This document shows, piece after piece, positions 56,972 to 64,000 of a DNA stretch of 64,000 bases; within the stretch, counting starts at the first letter, position 1; each line of letters opens with the position of its first letter. The translations under genes were made by a program, and so were the position numbers. The stretch lies in contig OZ220691.1 of the NCBI GenBank assembly GCA_965116475.1, positions 768,001 to 832,000 on the forward strand. The letters are read 5' to 3'. The notes under the pieces are model-generated. The model searched no databases. It worked only from the letters and a program-made list of their open reading frames with translations, and was not told the DNA's origin. Source of the DNA: Gemmatimonadota bacterium (GTDB lineage Bacteria > Gemmatimonadota > Gemmatimonadetes > Palauibacterales > Palauibacteraceae).

Positions 56972-58756
56972 CTACTCCTTCAGGGTGAGGTCGAGTTCCT
57001 TCACGGCTTCCCGGAGCCGGGGGTTTCCGTCCAGCAGCCGTTCGACCCGCGATCGGGCCGCTTCCCCGGCGGTCATGCGGGCGCCCCGGTGGTCGACGAT
57101 CGCGAATTTGACAGTCGGCAACCCGAGGCGTTCCGCGAGGTTCGCCCGAAGGGGGCCGGAACGCGACTCGTCCTTGAACAGTTTCTCCAGTTCCTCGCGC
57201 CACCCGGCCTGGACGCGGAGCCGAACCTCGTCCTCCACGAGGCCATCGACCTCGGTGCCGCGCAGGGCCAGTCCGGATACTCCGCCCAGCCTCGGCATCT
57301 CGGCGACGGCGGCGGTCCATGCGTCGCGGATCCGGGCGGCCGGCGCCCCGCCGGAGGGGCTCGCCGGCGCCTCGTCGGAGCGGCCTGCCGGAGGGGGCTC
57401 CGGCGGAGCGGCCCGCTCTTCTTCGGCTACGGGCGCCGAAGGGGGCGCCGGAGGGGGTTCCGGCGGGGGTTCCGGTGGGGGCGCCGGCGGCGTCGATGGG
57501 TTCGCGGGAGCGGCGGGGGGCACCGAAGGACGCTTCTCGCGCTGGCGGGGGGGCGGCCGCGGCGGCCGCGTGCGAGACGCGGGTTCGCCGGCGGGGGCGC
57601 CCAGGGCGGCCAGAAGTTCCTCGAGTTCGACGGTCGATTCCATGCGGACGAGACGAAGCAGCAGGACCTCGAGCTGAATGCGCGGCTGCGAGGACCGGTG
57701 GAGCATGCCGGAGGCCTCGAACTCGCTGAGCGCGGCCAGCATCCTGAGCAGGTCGGCGGGAACCAGGGCCCCGGCGGCGGCGAGGAAGCGCTCGCGGGAC
57801 TCGGGCAGGAGTTCGACCGTCTCGGCCTCCGGATCGAGCCCGAGCACAAGGAGGGTTCGCAGCGCGTCGCCGAGTCCGCGCAGGAACTCCGCGGGGTCGT
57901 GCCCATCGTCGAGGAGATCCTGGACGAAGGCGAACACGCCCGCCCGATCCCCGTTCGCCGCGATCTCGAAGAACGCGAGATATCGATCCTCGTCGACGAG
58001 TCCCAGCATGCGGCGCACATCCGCCAGTTCGACCGCGTCTCCCCGGAAGGAGAGCACCTGGTCGAGCGAGGAGAGCGCGTCGCGGACGCCGCCTTCGGCC
58101 CGCCGCGCGATCGCCCGCAGCGCTCCCGGTTCGGCCGTGATCCCCTCCGCCTCGAGCACCGTCTCCATCCGGCTCGCGATGTCCTGCACGGAGACCCGCC
58201 GGAAATCGAATCGCTGGCACCGGGACATGACCGGAGCCGCGCCGCGCTCGATCTTCTGCGGCTCGGTGGTGGCGAAGGCGAAGATCACGCGGGGCGGCGG
58301 CTCCTCGAGGATCTTCAGGAGCGCGTTCCACGCGTCGCGCGTGAGCATGTGCGCTTCGTCGAGGATATAGATCTTGTAGCGCTCCTCGCTCGTGGGCGCG
58401 TACGCGGCCCGGCGGCGGAGGTCTCGGGCGTCCTCGACGCCCCGGTGGCTCGCCGCATCGATTTCGACGACGTCGAGCGAGGCGCCGCCGGACCAGATCC
58501 GCTCGCACGAGGAACACGCGCCGCACGGCTCGCCGGCGGAGCGGTCGGGGCAGTTCAGGGCCATCGCAAGGATGCGCGCGGTCGTCGTCTTCCCGACTCC
58601 GCGCGGGCCGCAGAAGAGATATGCGTGGCCGACCCGCCCGGACTCGATCGCGGCCTTCAGCGTGGGCGCGATGTGGTCCTGTCCGATCAGCTCCGAGAAG
58701 CCTCGGGGCCGGTAGGTTCTGGCCAGCGCGGTGCGGTACAAGGGCTCGTGAGCCAT
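56972..58756 (-). CDS. dnaX: DNA polymerase III subunit gamma/tau
   Basis: LARTYRP, GPRGVGKTT, EIDAAS, DEAHML, NALLKILEEPP, SRCQ. Confidence 0.97.
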   Translation of the reverse strand: MAHEPLYRTALARTYRPRGFSELIGQDHIAPTLKAAIESGRVGHAYLFCGPRGVGKTTTARILAMALNCPDRSAGEPCGACSSCERIWSGGASLDVVEIDAASHRGVEDARDLRRRAAYAPTSEERYKIYILDEAHMLTRDAWNALLKILEEPPPRVIFAFATTEPQKIERGAAPVMSRCQRFDFRRVSVQDIASRMETVLEAEGITAEPGALRAIARRAEGGVRDALSSLDQVLSFRGDAVELADVRRMLGLVDEDRYLAFFEIAANGDRAGVFAFVQDLLDDGHDPAEFLRGLGDALRTLLVLGLDPEAETVELLPESRERFLAAAGALVPADLLRMLAALSEFEASGMLHRSSQPRIQLEVLLLRLVRMESTVELEELLAALGAPAGEPASRTRPPRPPPRQREKRPSVPPAAPANPSTPPAPPPEPPPEPPPAPPSAPVAEEERAAPPEPPPAGRSDEAPASPSGGAPAARIRDAWTAAVAEMPRLGGVSGLALRGTEVDGLVEDEVRLRVQAGWREELEKLFKDESRSGPLRANLAERLGLPTVKFAIVDHRGARMTAGEAARSRVERLLDGNPRLREAVKELDLTLKE

Positions 58757-58831
58757 CTGGGTCCGGGTCTGAGGGCGCCCGCGCCCCGCGACGCGGAGCC
58801 GCCGCCGACATGGGGCCGCCGCCGACGTGGG

Positions 58832-58937
58832 GCGACGACCCCAGGCGGGCCGTGGCGACCGTCACACGCTTACCGCTGCTACCTTCACGGTCCTGACGGG
58901 ATTCACGCGCTCCGGCCCCACGGGCCTGGGGCACCGT
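58832..58937 (-). ncRNA. ffs: Small SRP RNA (4.5S)
   Basis: Helix-8 motif GTCAGGACC-GTGAA-GGTAGCAGC; terminal stem CCCCAGG/CCTGGGG; located upstream of dnaX. Confidence 0.88.
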
Positions 58938-58977
58938 TATCTTATCGGCCGGCCGGGGCAGCGGCCAGAAAAAACCG

Positions 58978-59382
58978 TCATGTATCGTCGCCGTAGAAGG
59001 CTTCCGGGATGTGCCGCACCCGGCATCGTCCGCGGCGATCGACGTCCACCGCGACGACATCGAAGCGGGCTTCCGCGGCGGCGCCGGGATGCCGGCTGAG
59101 CCACGCGCCGGCCGCGCGGCGGATCCTTCCCCGCTGGGCGCGCGAGAGCGCCTCCTCGGGCGCCTGCACGCCGGGGCGGCGGGTCTTCACTTCGACGAAG
59201 GCCACCGTGTCTCCGGCCCGGACGACGAGATCGATCTCCAGCCGCCCGACGCGCCAGTTGCGGTCGAGGATCTCGTACCCCTCATCCGCCAGATGCCGCG
59301 CGGCGATTCGCTCGCCCAGGCCCCCGAGGCCGCGCTTCGTCCCGCTCCGGGGGCTCCGGGGGCTCCGGGTCGGGTCAGCCGT
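58978..59382 (-). CDS. yraN: YraN-family nuclease-fold protein (start unresolved, non-canonical)
   Basis: [39 protein letters not shown]; frame open upstream of the ORF-track GTG. Confidence 0.85.
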   Translation of the reverse strand, partial: TADPTRSPRSPRSGTKRGLGGLGERIAARHLADEGYEILDRNWRVGRLEIDLVVRAGDTVAFVEVKTRRPGVQAPEEALSRAQRGRIRRAAGAWLSRHPGAAAEARFDVVAVDVDRRGRCRVRHIPEAFYGDDT

Positions 59383-60418
59383 GGGCGGGGACGCGGGCGC
59401 GCGCGATCCGGCGGCCGATGGCGTTCGCGATGGGGTGAAGCTCGACCATCAGCGCATCGAACTGCTCGAGCGTGAGGGACTGCTGGCCGTCCGACGCCGC
59501 CGTCGCGGGATCGGGATGGACCTCGAGGATGAGCGCGTCCGCGCCCGCCGCGACCGCCGCCCGCGCCATCGGTCCGACCTTGGACCGGGCCCCCGTGCCG
59601 TGGCTTGGGTCCGCGACGATCGGGAGGTGCGACAGCTCGTGGATCGTCACGATGGCCGTGAGGTCGAAGAGGTTCCGCGCGTGCGTGTCGAAGTTGCGGA
59701 CGCCGCGCTCGCACAGCATCACCCGCGATTCGCCCTCGGCGACGACATACTCCGCGGCGAGCAGCAACTCCTTGATCGTCGCGGCCAGCCCCCGCTTGAG
59801 GAGCACCGGCTTGCCGGCGCGGCCCGCCGCCCGCAGCAGCGAATAGTTCTGCATGTTCCGCGCGCCGATCTGGATGACATCGGTGTATTCCGCGACGAGG
59901 CCCATGCTCTCCGTGTCCAGCGCCTCGGTGACGATCGCGAGACCCGTCTCCTCCCGCGCGCGGGCGAGCAACTGCAGTCCCTCCTCCCCCAGCCCCTGGA
60001 AGGAGTAGGGCGAGGTCCGCGGCTTGAAGGCTCCGCCGCGCAGCACGGTCGCGCCGGCTTCCGCGACCCGGTGCGCCGTCTCCAGGATCTGTTCGCGCGA
60101 TTCCACGGAGCACGGGCCGGCCATGACGACGACGTCCTCCTCCCCGATCCGCACGCCGTTGGACAGCTCGATGATCGTGTCCTCGGGGCACCATTCCCGG
60201 CTCACCTGCTTGTAAGGCGGCGACACGTGAATGACGCGGAGCACGCCGTCGATCCCCACGAGCCGGCTCTCTTCGACGCGTCCATCGTTGCCGACCAGGC
60301 CCACGGTCGTGCGCTGAGCGCCCGGCATGGGCCGGGCCCGGTATCCCATGTCCTCTATCGCGCGGACCACGTCCTGGACCTGCCCGTCCGTGGCGCCGTG
60401 CTTCATGACCACCAGCAT
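59375..60418 (-). CDS. aroF: DAHP synthase type I-beta with N-terminal regulatory domain
   Basis: [49 protein letters not shown]. Confidence 0.95.
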   Translation of the reverse strand: MLVVMKHGATDGQVQDVVRAIEDMGYRARPMPGAQRTTVGLVGNDGRVEESRLVGIDGVLRVIHVSPPYKQVSREWCPEDTIIELSNGVRIGEEDVVVMAGPCSVESREQILETAHRVAEAGATVLRGGAFKPRTSPYSFQGLGEEGLQLLARAREETGLAIVTEALDTESMGLVAEYTDVIQIGARNMQNYSLLRAAGRAGKPVLLKRGLAATIKELLLAAEYVVAEGESRVMLCERGVRNFDTHARNLFDLTAIVTIHELSHLPIVADPSHGTGARSKVGPMARAAVAAGADALILEVHPDPATAASDGQQSLTLEQFDALMVELHPIANAIGRRIARARVPAHG

Positions 60419-60529
60419 CGTTCCCCCTGTGGGTGACGTTCGACCGTCGCGCGCGCGCCCGGCGCGGCAGGGCCGTGACCTCCGGTCCGCTCCCCGCGGC
60501 GCCGGCAGGAGCAGGATACTCCACTGGTG

Positions 60530-61378
60530 TCACCCGTTCGTCAACGAGACCCGGAGCCCTTCCCTCGCGAGGCACGCATCCCCGGCGTATCCGGCGTCGG
60601 CCACGAGACGGGCCACGTCGTGGTCTGTTCGGAAGTGCGGGTAGATGTGCGTGAGCACGAGAAGGCGCGGGCGCGCGGCGACCGCCAACTCGGCGACGCG
60701 GGCGGGCGACAGGTGGTTGTCCGTCGCCTGCGAGTCGTGGAGCGAGCACTCGCAGACGAGGGCGTTCACCCCGCGCATGAACGAGCCCAGCTCCGGGGAC
60801 GGTCCCGAGTCTCCCGTGTACCCGAAGCTGAACGCTCCGCCTTCGAGCCGCCACGCGACGCTCTCCTCGGTGTGCGGCGTCTTGTGGGCTGCGAGCTGCG
60901 GACCTCCGCTCAGTTCGCGGGTTTCACCCGGCGCCAGTTCCTCGATGAGGACGGGGAAACCGGGATCCAGGACGAAGTCCCCGTAGGCGCCCGCAAGCTT
61001 CTCGAGGAACGCGCGGGTGCCCGCCGGCCCCCACACCGTGAGCGGCCGGCCCCGGGGTCGGGAGAGGCCGTGCCGCAGCGCGAAGAAAAGGCCCGGGAGC
61101 GCGCCGACGTGATCCGCGTGAAAGTGGGTGATCGCGAGGTCGGTGATCTCCCCCCAGGGCAGGCCGAGGCGGGCGAGCGCCTGCAGGGTTCCGGGACCGC
61201 AGTCGAACAGGGCGCGCGTCCGTGCCGCGGACCCCGTGCCCGGGGACGAGACCCAGTAGGAGGACGAAGCCCGGTCCGCTTCCGGGACGACGGTACCGCA
61301 CCCGGCGACGATCAGCTCGGGTCCCGCGTTGCCGGCCGGCGCGTGCGCGGTGGGTTCCGTGGGTTCCGTGTCGCTCAC
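60530..61378 (-). CDS. Metallo-beta-lactamase-fold hydrolase (RNase Z-like)
   Basis: FDCGPG, THFHADH, YTGDS, HLS, LTH. Confidence 0.85.
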   Translation of the reverse strand: MSDTEPTEPTAHAPAGNAGPELIVAGCGTVVPEADRASSSYWVSSPGTGSAARTRALFDCGPGTLQALARLGLPWGEITDLAITHFHADHVGALPGLFFALRHGLSRPRGRPLTVWGPAGTRAFLEKLAGAYGDFVLDPGFPVLIEELAPGETRELSGGPQLAAHKTPHTEESVAWRLEGGAFSFGYTGDSGPSPELGSFMRGVNALVCECSLHDSQATDNHLSPARVAELAVAARPRLLVLTHIYPHFRTDHDVARLVADAGYAGDACLAREGLRVSLTNG

Positions 61379-64000
61379 GCCACCTGCGGGGCGGAGTTGA
61401 ACTCCACGCCGACGATCGAGGAGACGCCCGCCTCCTGCATCGTCACGCCGTAGATCCAGTCGGCGTTCTCGATCGTCCGCGGATTGTGCGTGATGACGAT
61501 GAACTGCGTCTCGTCCTTGAATTCCTTCAGCATGCGGACGAACCGCAGGATGTTCGTCTCGTCCAGCGGCGCGTCCACCTCGTCCAGCAGGCAGAACGGG
61601 CTGGGCTTCGCGAGGTAGATCGCGAACAGCAGGGCGAGCGCGGTCAGGGCCCGCTCACCGCCCGAAAGCAGGTGGATCCGCTGCGTCTTCTTGCCGCGGG
61701 GGCTGGCCGAGATCTCGATCGGGGAATCCAGGGCGTCGTCGGGATTCTCGAACCGGAGATCGCACTGCCCGCCCTCGAAGAGGGAGTCGAAGGTGCGGTG
61801 GAAGTTGGTCCTCACCTGCTCGAACGTCTCCAGGAGGGCGGAGGTCGCCTGCCGATTGATCCGGCGGATCGAGGTGCGGAGGTCGTCGCGTGCGCGCGTG
61901 AGGTCGTCGCGCTGGTCCGTGAGGAACTCGAGTCGCTTCTGTTCTTCCTCGTATTCCCGCTGTGCGAGGAGGTTGACCGGGCCGATGCGGGCGATCGAGC
62001 GCCGCACGCGCTCCAGCTCCGGTTCCCATTCGGCGGGCTCCGCATCGTCGACGGGGTCGACGCGTTCCCGGAGTTCCGCGAGCGGCGCATCCCACTCCGC
62101 TTCCACGCGGCCCCGGATCGCGGACTCGCTCGCCTCGAGTTGCGTGATTTCCAGTTCGAGCCGATGCCGGGCGTCGACGCGCTCGCGCTCGCGCCGCCGC
62201 GCCTCGCTCAGTTCCAACTCGAGTCTGTCCAGCTGTCCGCGGCGTTCGGCGATTCGCCGCTCCAACTCCGACAGATCCGCTTCACGCCGGGTCCTGGCTT
62301 CGAGCGCGGCCCCGATCGACGCCTCCAGTGCCTCCGCCTGCGCCTCGCTGTCCGCGATCACGTCGTGGAGCCCGTCCACTTCCCGCGCCAGCGCGCGCGA
62401 CCGTTCCTCCGCGTCGTCCGCGGCCTCGGCGAGGCGGCTCTCCACTCCGCGTCGATTCTCGACCTCGGCTTCCCGCCTGGCCTGCGCCAACTCCTCCCGG
62501 TGAAGTTCCGCCTTCCCCGCCTCGGCGGCGGCGCGGGCGTCATCGGCCTTCTCCCGCACTGCCTCGTATGTGGAAGAGCACTCCGCGACCCTCCGGTCGA
62601 GTTGGGCGACGCGGGCGTCGTCGTCCGCCGAGAGCGACACCTCATCCTCGCTGAACGCCTCCAGCTGTTCGATGCGGCCGGCAAGTTCGCTGCACTCCCG
62701 GTCCAGCCGGACGAGCCTCGCCTCCGCCGAGGTCCGGTCGGCTTCGGCTTCGCGGCGGGCCGACTCGGCGTCGGACACCGCGCGCTCCAGGGCGTTCGCC
62801 CCTGCGAGCGCCTCCGAGGCGGCCGCCCCCAACGCCTTCATCGCCTCCCGCGAGCGCGCGCGATCCTCTTCCAGCGCCTCCGCTTCCTCGCGCAGGGCCT
62901 GGAGCTCGGCCCGCCGGCTCAGGAGCCCCTCCGAGGCGGCGCCCCCGACGTAGACGCCGCCCCACCGATCCTGGCGCCGTCCCTCGGGATCCACCCAGGC
63001 GTGCGGGCGCGGCGCCGGTTCGCCGCCGGAGGGGACCTCGACGCCCGCGAGCAGCGCCTCCACCCAGACCGCGCCAGCCCCCTTCGCGTCGACATGCCGC
63101 ATGAGGGGCGCGTCCGCCTCGGGAGGTCCCGGGAGGGGGCCCGGATCGAGCGGGAGCACGAGGACGCTCTCCTCTCCGCCGCGCCCTTCGAGCCATGCCT
63201 CGACCGCCCGTACCGTGGACCAGTCGCGCACAACGACTCCGTGCAGGTACGGGCCGAGATGGGATTCGACCGCGGACGCCCACGGGGCGGCCACCTCCAT
63301 GAACTCCGACAGCGCGCCGTGAAGCCCCGGGACCGCGCTCCGGTCCGCCAGCAGTTGGGCGACGGCCTCGGGGAGCAGCGCGCTCGACGCCACCAGGGAT
63401 CCGAGACTCGAGGCGCGGGCCCGCGCGGCGGCGAGGCGGCCCTCGAGGTCGGCCGCTTCTTCGCGGGCCCGACGCAGCGCCGTGTCGGCGGAGGACGCGG
63501 CGTCACGCGCCGCCTTCAGCCGGCCGCGCGCATCCTCCAGCGTCCGGTCCGCCTGTGCCTCGCGTTCCGCCGCGCTCTCCGCCTCGACCCGCAGCCCGCG
63601 CTCCTGGGCGGCGAGCGCATCGAGGGCCGGCCGCCGACGCTCGAGTTCTTCGCGGCGGTCGCGCGCCCGACCCTCTCTCACTCCGAGTTCGAGCCTCCAG
63701 CGGTCCCGTTCCCGGCCAGCCTCCTCGAGCGCCTCCCGGGCGGCTGCGCGCTCGCGCGAGGCGGTGCGGGCCGTCTCGGTCAGAGCCTCCGCCCGAAGCG
63801 CGAGCTGAGCCGACGCGGTGGCGCCTTCGGCGGCGAGCGACTGCCCCTCCTTCAGGGCGGACCGCGCTTCCTCCACGCGCTCCCGGAGGTCCCCGCGCCG
63901 GCGCTCGTTCCGGCGCACCTCTTCCTCGAGGATCTCCAGCCGGTCGCGCGCGCTCGCACCCTTCGCCCCGGCGAGAAGGCGGGCACGCTCCTGCTCCTCC
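61375..64000 (-). CDS. smc: Chromosome partition protein Smc (5' part beyond window)
   Basis: Coiled coils, hinge-like region, GPVNL, LSGGE, PFCLLDEVDAPLD, QFIVITH; frame open to the window end. Confidence 0.96.
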   Translation of the reverse strand, partial: EEQERARLLAGAKGASARDRLEILEEEVRRNERRRGDLRERVEEARSALKEGQSLAAEGATASAQLALRAEALTETARTASRERAAAREALEEAGRERDRWRLELGVREGRARDRREELERRRPALDALAAQERGLRVEAESAAEREAQADRTLEDARGRLKAARDAASSADTALRRAREEAADLEGRLAAARARASSLGSLVASSALLPEAVAQLLADRSAVPGLHGALSEFMEVAAPWASAVESHLGPYLHGVVVRDWSTVRAVEAWLEGRGGEESVLVLPLDPGPLPGPPEADAPLMRHVDAKGAGAVWVEALLAGVEVPSGGEPAPRPHAWVDPEGRRQDRWGGVYVGGAASEGLLSRRAELQALREEAEALEEDRARSREAMKALGAAASEALAGANALERAVSDAESARREAEADRTSAEARLVRLDRECSELAGRIEQLEAFSEDEVSLSADDDARVAQLDRRVAECSSTYEAVREKADDARAAAEAGKAELHREELAQARREAEVENRRGVESRLAEAADDAEERSRALAREVDGLHDVIADSEAQAEALEASIGAALEARTRREADLSELERRIAERRGQLDRLELELSEARRRERERVDARHRLELEITQLEASESAIRGRVEAEWDAPLAELRERVDPVDDAEPAEWEPELERVRRSIARIGPVNLLAQREYEEEQKRLEFLTDQRDDLTRARDDLRTSIRRINRQATSALLETFEQVRTNFHRTFDSLFEGGQCDLRFENPDDALDSPIEISASPRGKKTQRIHLLSGGERALTALALLFAIYLAKPSPFCLLDEVDAPLDETNILRFVRMLKEFKDETQFIVITHNPRTIENADWIYGVTMQEAGVSSIVGVEFNSAPQVA

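Noticed and set aside
56949..59060. 703-aa alternative frame over dnaX (possible gamma/tau frameshift product)
   Set aside because: Arg/Pro-rich GC shadow; no A-rich slippery site seen in dnaX.
58978..64000. SMC + MBL nuclease + YraN as a defence system (Wadjet/Lamassu-like)
   Set aside because: The SMC has canonical housekeeping condensin motifs and the neighbours (aroF, ffs, dnaX) are core genes; no kleisin/KITE/effector arrangement visible.

Overview
A very GC-rich, gene-dense bacterial chromosome segment made almost entirely of core housekeeping genes, mostly on the minus strand. Gene order and protein style suggest a diderm of the Gemmatimonadota; this is inference only. From left to right: the start of the dcw cluster (mraZ-rsmH-ftsL-ftsI, ftsI cut by the window edge), with a sigma70 promoter and 10-bp-phased MraZ boxes; a secreted TPR protein; an orphan CoxG/MoxR(CoxD)/VWA(CoxE) module; HU; a carboxylate-amine ligase, class III aminotransferase and M20 amidohydrolase; copD directly behind tRNA-Val(TAC); yggS-divIVA-ileS-dksA-lspA-rluD; exbB-exbD-exbD-tonB; tilS-hpt-ftsH-folP-dacA; rplM-rpsI-rpsB-tsf-pyrH-frr; an atypical sigma70 factor and lepB; aldehyde dehydrogenase, thpR, a pabA/trpG-like gene and comM; a YknWXYZ-like exporter with three permeases; bshB1; a stand-alone HIRAN protein; cysteine desulfurase-mnmA; grpE-dnaJ; dnaX-ybaB-recR-pgsA-cinA with the SRP RNA; yraN, aroF, an MBL-fold hydrolase and a partial smc. 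I see no CRISPR array, prophage, integrase or IS element, and I cannot identify a clear new multi-gene system. The most unusual signals are: (1) several conserved genes (pyrH, pgsA, cinA, yraN, possibly tilS) lack an ATG/GTG/TTG start where expected and appear to need CUG/ACG initiation, often at CTGA stop/start overlaps; (2) a primary-type sigma factor apparently missing domain 3; (3) an IleRS2 with the GVHH signature; (4) an SRP RNA with a 5-nt helix-8 loop; (5) triplicated stop-codon cassettes and widespread micro-duplications; (6) a structured rplM leader. All product calls rest on motif recognition by eye; no database search was run.
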